A program made the position numbers and the translations under genes. Below the pieces are notes generated by a model. The model was not told where the DNA came from. It ran no database searches and saw only the letters and a program-made list of their open reading frames with translations. Positions 1-12,489 of a stretch of 64,000 nucleotides of DNA are shown piece by piece. The stretch is from NCBI GenBank assembly GCA_946965045.2, contig OX337231.1, forward strand, positions 3,472,001 to 3,536,000, written 5' to 3'. Source of the DNA: Epithemia pelagica (Eukaryota; Protista; Bacillariophyta). Numbering within the stretch: position 1 is the first letter of the stretch; every line of letters begins with the position of its first letter.

Positions 1-763
1 GACCTTGCCGAAGATATCTCGAAAAAAAAGAACTAAGCGGTCAAAAGTGTCCACTCTCAGTTTTTGTGTAGGGGGAGAGCAGACTATAGCACAAAAAGTA
101 CTACTGTCCCATGTGTTCTTCACGAACAAAACATCATCATTCATCATCTCACGTGTCCTCATGTGCTTTAAGGATAGGGTTAAGTTTTGTTGAGCCTGAG
201 GCCATTCGGGGAGAGCTGATGGGGGCGTGCGTCAGTGCTGCCCCTGTACTGTATTACATGGCTGTCTGTACTGTTGAGCAGCCTCTTTTCCGTCGAAAAG
301 ACCAAATGACTGATTTCCCACTTAACTCTGACATAAGGAAAAGGTTCTCTGCTTCTGACAACAATTATTGATGGCATGTTTTTCTTCAATGATATGTATT
401 GGGCCTAAATGTCGAGGTCATTACGCGTATTTCTCGCGTTAGAGTGGGCCTTTTGTTTTTGGGCCCTTTTCCCTGCTAGGGTGTTCGGTGTCTCATCTAG
501 CATCTAGCATCTCGCGATTGCCTGTAGTGGCTATCTGCTCCTAGTTAGGAGTAGACGAAGAAGGTGGAGAAGCCACTTGTCGGTCTAGAAGAAGACGAAC
601 TTGTCTTTTGTCTTCAGCATGAGGAGAGGCGGCTGTAGACAGTGATCTCCAACATGATTTAGATCCATTTGTATTGGTGTGATGTTTACGCTAATGGTCT
701 TTTGCATCCAGTCGACGTGATTCCCTCCCTTCCCCTTCGAGGATGAAATCAAATGTGTCCACT

Positions 764-2125
764 CTATAAATCTACCGCTTCGTTTTCCCATGTCGTGATG
801 GGATTCTGCTGTTGATTTTCTAGGCGGGCGTTCCGTGAGACGCCGACAGTTGCTACGTTCTCTTTATCCGGGCTATACACCATTCCATCGCCGCTCGCTG
901 ACTGGTGAGCTTTTGCGAGAAAAACAATTTCTTGCGCAGTTTCATCAAAATATTCATCGTAGTCCTCGGTGCAGGTCATGCTGGGGTCTGCATAGTCGCT
1001 CTCGTCGCAACTCTCACTGCCAGAATCACTCTCACTTTCAAAGGATGCTGTTGGATCATCGTGCTTCATTATGATTGCTTCTTCGGTGGTAAGTTGCCCT
1101 TGTGCCACGAGCCTGGCAAGTTCCAGAGAAAGAGCATCTTTAGGACTCGGGAGAGGGAACGCGTTAGGTTTTACTCGGCAGAGCTCTGGTGGAATGTCAC
1201 CGGTGGCCTTCTCGGATGGGAAATACAAAGGTATAACCTTTTTGAGGATAAATATTCTCCAGTCGACAAAGTGACTCGCGTGCACATACGACAATGGTAA
1301 GGATCCTCGACAATCTTTCATATAGAAGAGTCGATTGTCAAGTTTGAGAATGGCTTCAATTACATCAAATGCTGGTTTGGCTGCCCAACAAGCATCATGA
1401 AGCGGAGTTCTTCCATAGTCGTCGGCTACTTGAACACTTGCTCCAGCTTCCAAAAGTATGTTGAGAATCTCACAATCTCCGCGACGACACGCCATGTGCA
1501 CTAGAGACTCTCCATATTGGTTACACGGATGGGGCGACATGCCGGCTTTCAAAGCTGCACGAAGGCCTTCCTTGTTGCTTTCCTTCACTAACTTAGTCAT
1601 GTAGGGACCATGGCTGGCAAGTTGCAGTTCTGTGGGAGATTTGTAGTAGCCAGTGTGCAAAGTGTGATAAGTGTCTATTGAGTATCCCAATGACCTCATT
1701 TGCTCGTCCAAGAGCACTTGAGGCATGCACTGTGTGAAAAAGCATGATATGAGTACGTTACAACAACTCGAAAGTTTGGTACGAGTTCAAAAAAAAACAC
1801 TTACTTGTGATCGTTCTCGAAAGGATGGTCGATGAGATGACTTTGGCTTGCCCCTCAAGCGAGTACTACTTTCTGGAATATTTTGAGCGAAGCATTCAAT
1901 TTTCCTTCGACTCTCTTCAAAAAGAGTGGAACGAACTGGTGCTGGACTTGTGTTTTCGGGGTCTGATAGGCACTGCTTGTGTACCCAACTACGAAAAAAG
2001 ACTGCGCTTGCCAACTTCTCTGGTGGAACATTGACTTCTTTTCCTGTATTTGATGCCACAAATACATCTTGAAGAGCCCGAGGAACCCGTTGTGTTCGAT
2101 CCATTGTCTTGTCTTGGTCCAACAT
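764..2125 (-). CDS. Ankyrin-repeat protein, paralog 1 (exons 2125-1805 and 1729-764; about 428 aa)
   Basis: ANK motifs GESLVHMACRRG and DDYGRTPLHDAC, followed by an acidic tail. Intron 1730-1804 (GTAAGT...CACAG) joins ORFs 1787-2137 and 764-1726 in phase 0. ATG at 2125. Confidence 0.85.
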
Positions 2126-3665
2126 TTTGTTGTACACGGAATGGCAAAAGCTTTAATCAAAAAATGAGCGGTCAAACCCGGTGAACAACCACTCGGTAGG
2201 GATTCTATCAAATGTCGCATGGGCCAAATACGTGGCCAGTCTTTTTCCTTGACTTCTGGGGCTTCCCACGAATTTAAGAGTTAAACCTAATAGTTTCATA
2301 CTTATGCCTTTTTCTACCTTACTACGAGTACGAGTACGAGTACAATACACTGGTACTCGTATCGACCATCATCAAACATCAAATAATATAACTCGGCGTA
2401 TCCACAAGTACTACGAGCTCGTAGTGATCATGTCCACCACGCACCATCTGATTCTGTAGGACATGCGTGGCCGCTCTAGACAAGCGATGGAAGGCAACGA
2501 ATGCTCCGAAGAAGGCTGATGATTGGGTACATCTGGCGAACTAGAAACGATGGGAGATAGCCCCAATCCCGGTAGTTGATGCAGGGCAAGATTCCAAAAT
2601 GTTAGAGTTGACACAAAACAACTATTTCTACCAACAATCGCCATGGGATCTTAATTGTCAGTCAATGTAACGTCCTATTGCGAGCCTTGGCGTTGCGAGC
2701 CTTGGTATTCCGGACCACGCCCTTAAACTCTCCCTATTCCTTCAGGCTTTCACTTCGGGCCTTCGCTGTCGCCGAATAAGGTTTGACTATGTTCCATTAA
2801 GCTTGCCATGACTCCCCACCAAGAATGAAGGGGGCCAAGGCCGGCAAGAGCATTTCCCTCAAACTTCAGCTAAACCCGTCTCGCCACTGTCACTGTGGAT
2901 AAACTGGTGCAGCTTCATTAAGAAGATATGAGCGCCAACAGCAAACAAGAGAATATCCATTGGAGATGTTTTGCAAGCTTGTGTCGCAGTACGCACGCGT
3001 ATGCGTGGGATAATACACACTCGGATTTTGAGGTGAAATAGCTAGTGGGTACCTAATATTTCAAGAAGTACGAAGTGAAATATGATAGCTAGGAGTACCA
3101 CAAGTTTTCGCTCGATCACGGGTATGCCAATTGCCAATTGGCCAAGTCGAAGTGCTTGTGTCAGAAAGGGATGGCAGTTCCATTTCGGTCTTTCTTCAGG
3201 TGTGTCATTATTTGTTGCCGAATGGTCATCGCCATCCTCCACCTTTTTATGTCAGACAAAACTAGCTTGTCATGCAAAATTCAAATCCTTCAAGACATGG
3301 CGCCAATGGTCGGTTTCTTTGTCGACCTATCCTAACTGGTAAACCTCATCATTTCTCCCCTAAACAGAGCCGGCGAATGCTGTTCGCTTATCTCTAGCAC
3401 CAAGACGGCACTCTTTCGGCCAGGCGAGCAATATCACATGACAGGTGACGCGATACAGAACACCACGATGTCACTAAAACGATGCGTTCAGCTCCCTCAT
3501 CCTCCAGTCCCAACGCTTATCTGAGGAGCACGAGAAGCAGGAGAAGCAGAAAAGCGAATTGAAATTGCAGTTCGTCGATCAATTACAAAGTTCAAGAGGT
3601 AGGTATACTGGAGAATGATATTAAACCAAAACTATTATCTCTCTACATAATCTGCGTAAGTCGCA

Positions 3666-4993
3666 TTAGCTGGTGGCTCTCGCTAACCTGGCCATCTGAA
3701 GCATTTCGACCAAATCTTCTCCTTCCATGCCACCCGAAAGATCATCATCGTAATCGCTATCATACTCGCTGTCGTAGTCGCTATCGTCTTCATCGTCATG
3801 ATAAACGCTGGTAAGGTCATCCTCGTCGTCGAGAGTGCCACAGGCTGTGGTTTCATCGCCATCTCTAGCCCCGTCCGACATGACACGTGCCTCATGAGGA
3901 CTCAAGTCTCCACATGCCACCATTTTGATGAGTTCCAAACTGAGGTCTGTTTTAGGTTCTGGCAGACTGAACGAATTGGGCTTCATCAATACGAGATCTA
4001 CGGGATGATAGAACTTGGCATTTTCTTCCCCAAAAAATCTATCAATGTTCTCATCAAACCACTTCATCCAATCCTGCCAGTGTGGTTTGGTCACATAGGA
4101 CAAGGGGAGCGCACCCCGCTTGTCTTTCATGAAGAAGAGCCCCGCGTCTCGCTTCAAAATGGTTTCCACAACACCATAAGCAGGGTTGGCCGCCCAGAAG
4201 GCATCATGCAAGGGAGTTCTACCGTAATCATCCGAAACTTGAAGGGAGCTGCCAGCCTCAATCATGACCTTCAGCAAGGTAAGGTCACCCCGCCGACAGA
4301 CCATGTGTAGTAATGATTCCCCAAATTGGTTGCAAGGATTGGGTGACAACCCAATCGCCAAGGTTTCGCGAAGGGCAACCGCGTTGCCCTCTCGAACTAT
4401 CCGTACCATTCGTGGACCATAGCTGGCAACCTGCAACGATGTGGCATTGTTATAATAGGCGGTGTCAAGCGTGTTGTACAACTTGACGACGTAGCCACGC
4501 TCCTTCAAAAGAGCATCAAAATACTCTTGAAGAGTGTACTGCAATCAAGCAAGGAGAGGACATCACGTGAGACACTCGTCCTACTAACAAAGAACAATTA
4601 AGTGTTCCAACAAAGTCGTACCTGTTGTTGATCCTTTTGGAGACTGGAGCGGGTTTTCGTCGTACTGGATTTTTCTGGCTTTCCAGTTGACAATGCATCT
4701 GCTTGAGCATTTTGTACAGCGTTCACTTTGGCGCTCTTGGTGAGCACCTTATCTTTTGATCTATCGTACACCTTTTTCTTTTGATCGGCCACATTGGATG
4801 GACGACGAAAGAAAATATTTCGGAAGAAGGTGCGATGACCCATTCGTTGCGGCGGAGCTTTGTTGACCGTCTCACCCCGATTGGATCGCAAGAATACGGT
4901 TTGCAGAGGCGTGGGAATACGCTGCATGCGAGAGGGCGTCCATTCTTGACTGTTTTCGGCAGAGCACGTGGTGCTCTCAACTACATTGGTCAT
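3666..4993 (-). CDS. Ankyrin-repeat protein, paralog 2 (exons 4993-4622 and 4538-3666; about 414 aa)
   Basis: GESLLHMVCRRG and DDYGRTPLHDAF motifs; D/E-rich C-terminus. Intron 4539-4621 (GTACGA...TTGCAG) is phase 0 and joins the two ORFs in frame. Confidence 0.85.
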
Positions 4994-7242
4994 GGTGACA
5001 ACAGTCGATCACAGAGCAAAATGAAATGTCGGAGTGAGAAACTAATTCTTGGGTGGACGAGTGAGTATGCTGTCGCCGTGTCTTGTTCGTCGGTCTTGGT
5101 GTGGTGTCCATGAATATGGGCCCGTAGCAACAAACAATCCAAACAAGAGAACAAGTATGTGTTGGCAGTATGTGGCCTGATTGGAGCGATTTCATTGGCT
5201 CGGCGAAAAACGTGGTTTCTGCGCAGTGGCAGCAGTACCTGGCGAACCGAATGCAGATGTCAATTGAGGCTCGAAGAAATCCTGAGCGTTAAGTGTCTCT
5301 TGTTTCCATGTTATCCATTGATTATAGACAAGTCACTACCGCTTCGTAATAGTTGTGAAGAATGAAGAGAAGCGAAGGAACGGACGTTGTGATCTCAAAT
5401 TGGCTGGGATATAATCGATACCAAGATTCATATCCGCGAGGTCATCGCTGATATTTCTCGGATGCCAGGATATATTTTGAGACCACGTGGTTTCGTCGAA
5501 ACCAACGTGGCTAACAGTCACAACCAGAATGACCGCATACAGCCTCGACGTGGTAATTATGAAGTCCTTCTATGCGTATTGGTAGGGAAGTCGTCTGCCA
5601 GCTTACGAACGCGTGGGGGATGAGGTTTGGTCGCATGTGAGTCGGGTCGATTTTCTGAATCCGCCCACAATTTACAAAATCCATTCCATAATGTCTCTTC
5701 TATCCGCTATGTACTGGTCAGAAGATTTTGTGGATCTACGTCTATCCTACGTAGCCCAGTACCAGAAGCCTGGTCATTTCTGGTCAATTTGGTCATTTCT
5801 GGTCAATTTAAGACGACGCATGGCGTGCGCGGGCACGGACACTCAGGCATAAAAGTGACTGTCGCACGACAACGTGAGCCGATCAGACCATCTCGCAGAG
5901 CCCCACCCAATAAACAAGAACCCAAAATGCTATCAATTGTCTCATTTTTCCCGAAGAACAAAGAAAGCAAACCTTGGGGATGGATCCAATGCATGCAACA
6001 ATCAAACAAAGCTGTCAACACTACTTTATAAGGTAGAAAATGAGGACATCCTGTTACAAAGGATCCTGCATCCTGCATGGAAAAGCAAAAACTCTTGACC
6101 ATCTATTCTACTTGGGATTGTAGCCTCTCGGCTTGGCTACCTACAAAAGATGGGATTAGGTAGATCGTCACAGCTCATGCAATAAAATATGGATCCATCC
6201 ATGTCCACAACAAGCTGGAATGTGTGAATTGGAAACTGGTAGCTTTTCCCTTTCCAGTTTCCAATCAATAGATATAGCTAATGCTACTGGTCGTCTAGGA
6301 GTACCTAGCTAGTATATCCTTTACCTAGCTAGATGAGCCTAGTATAGGTAGCGATCCTGAGTCCCGTATGGTAGTACGGGAGTATAACATACTCGTACTC
6401 GTAGGGGTCAGAGTCAGAATGGTTGGGACGGGATCCCAATCCCATCGGGCGTGGGGTGGGGGGTGCTGATTTTAGATCGGCTTAAATAAAATCCCGCCTG
6501 CGCGGAAAATGTTGGCGCGCTCTATAATGGCCTCTCCGACTCTAACCTAAAAAGTACAAAAAAATTGACCAGAATTGACCATCGCCAGAATAGGATCTAC
6601 TCTTTGTTAGACCGAAAACCACGACAATCACAAAGAACTGGCGGGTGCAAACCAGTTCAAACTATATCGTGCCATACTGAGGGGAGAATAATCCGAACCT
6701 CACCACCGGAGTGTTCCAAGAGTGGACAACAGTCGTACTGTTGCTTTCCTGTTGTGAGGTCAGAAGAGTCTCACTTCTTCGGTTTGAACGCGACGGAACG
6801 CCAGTAAAGCCGAAACAAGGCCGCAATCTGTTTGGAAAACTCGACGAGCGCTTCTTGGATAAACGATATTTTACATGGACCAAGTCTTAATCGGATAACA
6901 CAGAAGCTGAATCCAAGCACAACCTATTCTTATTAAGCAGTTAAGCATGTTTTCTTTTCCTATGTACCATCGCGTCCCGTCCATGAAAATTAACGTTTCC
7001 CCCTCCACGAAATTTGATTTAGATCTGTACGGCACAAAGAAGTAGCATTAAAGTCAATCCATTTCTTCTGATGCCTGAAACCACTGAGCGAACATGGTTT
7101 GTGTCCCATAAACTGGGTCGACCATTGAGGCCACAAGGTGAGTGCAAGATCCTCCTCTTCTTGTTCAGTGATTTGTCCCGTTAACGTAATCGTTGATCAT
7201 TCAAAGCGTCATCGCTCAGTAACATGCATAGGCTCAAGCTGC

Positions 7243-8867
7243 TCATACAATCCTTGATGCAGTGAGTTGATATACCATTTGCAATGCACTAGCTCCACCC
7301 AACAGAGCTCGAGCATCGTTGCTTCTTCTCGCTTGAATGTCATCGTTCGTGTCTTCAGTTTCTCGAACATGGCTCACTTGGTCATCGGCATCGTAGTACT
7401 CTCCATAATCCACGTGAGAATCATCAATGTCGCTGACACTATGGTCCATGGCACGGGCACTCTGGACGACCTTGGTCACCGAACCAAAACTCGCAACGTC
7501 ACTTCCAGTGGAGGCCCATTCCAAAATCATATTCACTTGACCCGACGCAATTTTGGTGGCGACATTCAAAGATACGGCCAATGGTTCCACGAGGGGATCC
7601 GAATGAGGCGGTCGGCGAGCCCAGTCCAAGCCCCTTTGATGCTTCACCGTACTGCCTGTCTTGGGGAACCAGCTATCGACATGGCGATCCATCAAGTTGA
7701 GCCACAAGGACCAGTGCTGGGGGGAAATATAGGAAAGCGGCAAGGCCCCTCTGGCATCGGCCAGAAACAAAAGGATTGGATTGCGATCCAACAAGGCCTT
7801 GGCAACTTCCAGAGCAGGCTGGGGAGCCCAGCAGGCATCATGAAGAACCGTACGGCCATAATCGTTGACCACCTGACAAAGCTTTGGAGAGTACGGGTGC
7901 TGCAACAGCATGTTGAGCAATTCAATACTCCCACAACGACAAACAAGGTGCCAGAGGGACTCTCCACGTGATGTGCAAGGGTTGGCCGACAAGTGAGCAA
8001 GCAATTCTTGCAAAAGGGCAGCATCCTTGGATCGTACAGCGTGTACCAACGCAGGGCCGTAGCTTGCCTTTTGAAATTCCGTGGGACGATTGTAATAGGC
8101 AGTGTCCAAGGCACGAAAGACCAATGCATCATATCCTCTTGTTTTCAAGAGGTTGTCCAGGTACGTTTGAGGATTTGTAGAACTAGGAGTGCCATTGCCC
8201 CCTCGTATCTGCAAGAAATCAAGATTCACATGGATGGTCAGTTCAAAATACCTTGTGGTGCAAAATAAGTGAAACACTGGTTTCATAGTCTTCTCGTATT
8301 TACCTCTTTGCGAGCTGCCCTTGGGCTGGATGCCAAGCTCTGTTGCTGCCAAAGTTCGGTTTGTTTGGCCGGTAGAATGAACCTACTAGACTGCTTTTGA
8401 TTCAAGGGCGAGACTCGACTGGGACTACTGCTTTCATACAAAGGGGTTGCAATCCGTTGCTTTTCGGCGGGAGATTGCACAGGGGGAGATGGAGGTGCGG
8501 ATTCCATTCCTTCCGTGAGACGTTCCGGCTCCTCAGGGACTGGGTGGATTCCCTCGTTGTGCAAAGTGCGTTTTCGACTAGGATGGTCCGTCTTCTCTTT
8601 CATCGTCACGGAGGGGGGTCGATTGCAATCTCGGCTAGGGTCATAATGAGTGGAACGCCAACTCTGTCCTCTACGCTTTCTCAAGGATGCTGCACAAAGC
8701 GTTGCATTCAAGATTTCCTGAGAATCCGTGATTGGATCAAACTTGATGGCAGAGTTTTTGAAAAGTAAGGAATCTCGGCCATCCGACGACACGGGTTGCA
8801 ACATGATGAAAGGAAAATCCATTTCCTCCACTGTCACCGCAGCCACAGCCACCGAAGAGGCTTTCAT
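7243..8867 (-). CDS. Ankyrin-repeat protein, paralog 3 (exons ~8867-8304 and 8208-7243; start uncertain)
   Basis: GESLWHLVCRCG and NDYGRTVLHDACW motifs. Intron 8209-8303 (GTAAAT...TTGCAG) is phase 0. The first in-frame ATG of exon 1 (MKASS) is at 8867. Confidence 0.75.
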
Positions 8868-9249
8868 TTTCCCCCTCCCTACAGCCTCACGATCAGGAAA
8901 AATTGTGCAGTGCTTCCCTTTGATTCCTTTTATAGCGGAAGCTATCTGGTTATTCCAACAGTGTCGTCCGCTTCTTACTCGACAGTTACTACTCTCAGAA
9001 CCAACGTTGGTATCTTCTTTGAAGTAATAGAGATCGATCCGTTCAAACGAAGAGATCTGTGTCGGGGTGGTGTGGCAACCCAAAACCCAATTGGAAACTC
9101 GGGTCCTCCTTGCATTTGGTCCACGTACTCTCCTTTCTTGATTTTGATTGTTCTCTTGCACTCGCACTGCTTCCGATATCCAGCCGTGCGTGCTGGGGGG
9201 TGAAATCAAACCAATCCGTGGCTCGCGTTCTCGGGGAGAGATTTGGGAT

Positions 9250-9370
9250 TACCCCCAAGCAGGGGTGAGTGAGTCCCGCGTGATCGAATACGCTGCGCTT
9301 GTATTCCCTGAGAATACAAATCGTGTATTCTATCGCTAGAGTCCTCATTACTCACCCCCGCTGGGGGGTA
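9250..9370. mobile_element. Putative 121-bp MITE with 21-bp TIRs and a 10-bp direct repeat as TSD
   Basis: TACCCCCAAGCAGGGGTGAGT (9250-9270) matches the reverse complement of 9350-9370 at 19/21. GATTTGGGAT flanks both sides (9240-9249, 9371-9380). Confidence 0.6.
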
Positions 9371-9701
9371 GATTTGGGATTACGGGATGGATGTGAAGCG
9401 AATTGGAACTCTGCGCCGGCCGAGCCTATTCGTGATCTCTATCACGCATACCAGAAGGATGCCTGGCGTCTTGGGGATCACTCACGTGCTTCACCACCAA
9501 ACACGTGAGGGGAGGTTTAGACACCAAAGAAGGAGAAGAACACGAACAATTTCCAGTTCAGCCATGGCGTTGATAGATAACGCAACTCTTAAATTTTGCA
9601 CGACCCCATGACAACACCATAGAGATGAACAAGGCAACAACGTAGGTTTACAGTAGAGTAACTTAGTATATAGCGAAGAGCGTTTATAACCGCTCAGGGT
9701 C

Positions 9702-11174
9702 TTATGAACTCCAGGCAATAGCTTGTCCTTTGCCAATACATCCCAGTATTTGTTCCAGTTCACTTTCATCAAAGCCCGAGCAATCGCTGGAGGAGTCGTC
9801 CTCATCTTCCTCATCATCGTCCTCATCGTCATCCTCGTCAGAGACACTGCTATCGTCAAAGGAGGACGAGAAATCCTCCGATGTCGAATCGCAACAGCTA
9901 GACTGATCGGCGTAGAGGTCATCCTTCAACATGGATGCTTCCATGGGTGACATGCGCTTGTTGGCTACCATTCGCAAGAGTTCAACAGGAAGAGAGTCTT
10001 TTGGATCTGGAAAGGGCCGAGAGTTTGGACCATCCAGTGTTAAAGGGGGATCTGCTTCGAGGCCATGTTTGGAAATGTCACGATCGGGCCAATATCTCTC
10101 TTTACGAGACATGAGGAACTTAGTCCACGCCGTCCATTGTTCGGATCGAAGAAAGGACAGGGGAAGGGATCCCTTGCTGTCGGTAATGTAAAGCAACCGG
10201 CGATCTTGAGCCAGTATCATGTCCACGATATCAAAGTTGGGTTCCCTGCAAAAGCAGGCATCGTGCAAGGGAGTGCGACCGTAATCGTCCGCGACTTGAA
10301 CCGAACCACCATGGTCGAGCAGTACTTGGAGGACGTCCTTCTTGCCACTCCGACATACCATGTGTACAATAGATTCACCATGGGCATTGCAGGCATTGGG
10401 AGACAAACCCAGGTCCAAGAGCTCTCGCAGGGCATCCAGGTTTCCAGTCTGAATGGCCTCGGTCAAGGCGTGGCCGTAGCTGTCGAGTTGAAGTGGTGTA
10501 GGCTTGTTGTAATAGGCACACACCAAGGATCGAAAGGATGTGGTAGAATATCCTCTCGAGTTTAACAAGGAGGTGCAGTAGGACTGTGGCGATACATGGT
10601 GTGCCATGGATCTCTGAAGGAATAAAGAGGATAAGATTAGTGTTTGTACCTGACTACAAAGGACAAAGGCTGTCAAGTTACTTACGTTCTCAGAAACAGG
10701 AGATGCTGGTATTACTACAGATTTCTTGTAAGGAGATTTTGGGCTGGCAAGAAGGGCGGAGGCGGATATCTGTATTGATTTCTTTGCTCCCGCTCGAGGC
10801 GAAGTCAAGAGGGGAGAGGGAGCCGCACTATTGAGGGACTTTCGGACTCCAACCTTGGGTGACGTTTTGACTGGGGACTGTGAATGTTTTCGGTTCGCCA
10901 GGGCTGGGCCATTTTCAATCTTGTTGGCTTTGCAATTGTTGCTGTTGTTGTCAGCAGTATCTGCTGGAAAAGCCTTGGGCCGGCCCGAAAAGAAGCGACG
11001 GCGAAAGGTGCGAGCGGCAACTTGATTGGGTGGAGGCTTTGCTATATCCTTCCCTCTATTGGCAGCAAGGAAGACGGCCTGAAGAGCGGCTGGTATCCGT
11101 GAAACAGGCTCTGCTTTTGTCGGCCTTATGGTGGCTTTCAAATTGTGGATTGGTCGGTTGGCAGTGTCAAGCAT
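9702..11174 (-). CDS. Ankyrin-repeat protein, paralog 4 (exons 11174-10686 and 10613-9702; about 466 aa)
   Basis: GESIVHMVCRSG and DDYGRTPLHDAC motifs; acidic tail. A 72-nt in-frame intron at 10614-10685 (GTAAGT...CTAAT...TTCAG) sits at the same position as in the other paralogs. Confidence 0.85.
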   Translation of the reverse strand: MLDTANRPIHNLKATIRPTKAEPVSRIPAALQAVFLAANRGKDIAKPPPNQVAARTFRRRFFSGRPKAFPADTADNNSNNCKANKIENGPALANRKHSQSPVKTSPKVGVRKSLNSAAPSPLLTSPRAGAKKSIQISASALLASPKSPYKKSVVIPASPVSENVSNLTAFVLCSQVQTLILSSLFLQRSMAHHVSPQSYCTSLLNSRGYSTTSFRSLVCAYYNKPTPLQLDSYGHALTEAIQTGNLDALRELLDLGLSPNACNAHGESIVHMVCRSGKKDVLQVLLDHGGSVQVADDYGRTPLHDACFCREPNFDIVDMILAQDRRLLYITDSKGSLPLSFLRSEQWTAWTKFLMSRKERYWPDRDISKHGLEADPPLTLDGPNSRPFPDPKDSLPVELLRMVANKRMSPMEASMLKDDLYADQSSCCDSTSEDFSSSFDDSSVSDEDDDEDDDEEDEDDSSSDCSGFDESELEQILGCIGKGQAIAWSS

Positions 11175-12489
11175 TGTTTTGTTTGGTTGGTTTGAGCGTG
11201 AAAGGAGGAGGAGAAATGAAGAGCGAGAGACAATCTTTGTTTGGAAATTTTGTGGTTGAAGGTTTTACGGTCGGGAAGTTCCCGTGCTTCTCTCGCAACG
11301 TTGTTCAAGTACGAGGTCACCTTTGTATTGCCCATTCACAGATCTCGCTGACGTTGCCTCAATTATGTCGTGGGCTTAACTAGTGATTAGATCATCAAGA
11401 CACGCACATCATTGTGCACCTTTTAGTTCCACCTATGCCTGATTATGATCCCTACCGCTGTCTCTCAGTGTAATATCACCTCTTCGTTGTGGTTCTCTCG
11501 GATCTCATGACGACGAAGAACCAAGTGGAACGCCAAAGCAGACGAAATGGCGTCTCATGCGAAAAATGAAACTCGGTACACTAGCTAAAAGGGAAAAGTG
11601 CTGACGTAAATGATAGCAAAAAGCGGTGACCATCAGCGTTGGGATTTGGGACATGCTACGAATGGATGGAATCATATTAGTGTTATGATAGTTCCTCGTA
11701 TTCTCGTGTCTTGGCCATCGATAGCTACCTACTTGGAGTCTTGGAGTAGGAGATGATCACACTTCTCACTTTTCATGTCTCATCTTCGTGTACGGAACTA
11801 TGAGAAGTCCTAAAACTGATTTGTATGCCAAATAAGACTGCCGAAGAGTCCCCAATCAGGAATCCGGAGGAGTCATTATATCTTTTTCGCAGCAGTTGTT
11901 TGCCGTCCATGCCATAAAATATTATGCCAACAACTAGCAACCAGCAACAACGGGATGATAATATGAGCATGCATATAATACTGAAGCTCCAACCAAGCTT
12001 TCCGACCCTTTCCTCTGTTGCAAGTAAAACGAACACTGAGCCGATGAGCCGATAAGACTAGGATAACTACTGGTAGGTAAGGAAGTTTCAGAACATGGAG
12101 TGTGCTCAAGATGAAATCCTGATAGGACCAAGTCTTCCCCACAATGCGCGTGATGCTTCGTTCCGATAGGCTCGCTAACCAAGCAACGGGTAGGACAACC
12201 TGTGGTCATAGCATCAAATGAGCATGTGAGAAAGAAAGCGAGAACACGGCTTTCATCTAATCAAATGGTATGAGTAGAGTAGATAAAAGATAATCCTATG
12301 AATATCAATATATAATACTTTCTACCTAACCTAACCTAGGTCGGCCTCCAAGATACCGTCATGTTCTCAGACAATGACATGACACAAACAGGGAAGCCGT
12401 ACCATGACAAAAGTATCCTACACTCACAAACAATGCACGAGTTTGTCCTCAGCCATGCGACCAAGGAAATGTCGGTGCGGGCAACGTGT

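Noticed and set aside
1-450. Possible right end of a DNA transposon ending …CGCGTTAGAGTGGGCC
   Set aside because: No partner TIR, TSD or recognisable transposase motif lies within the window.
2320-2345. (TACGAG)n microsatellite, and CCTAA x3 at about 12325 as a telomere-like repeat
   Set aside because: Both are too short to separate from ordinary microsatellites, and the second is not a CCCTAA array.
6270-6400. CTAG/TA-rich patches (also about 50770-50930) as a RIP-like mutation signature
   Set aside because: No unmutated homologue is available in the window to establish mutation direction; composition alone is insufficient.
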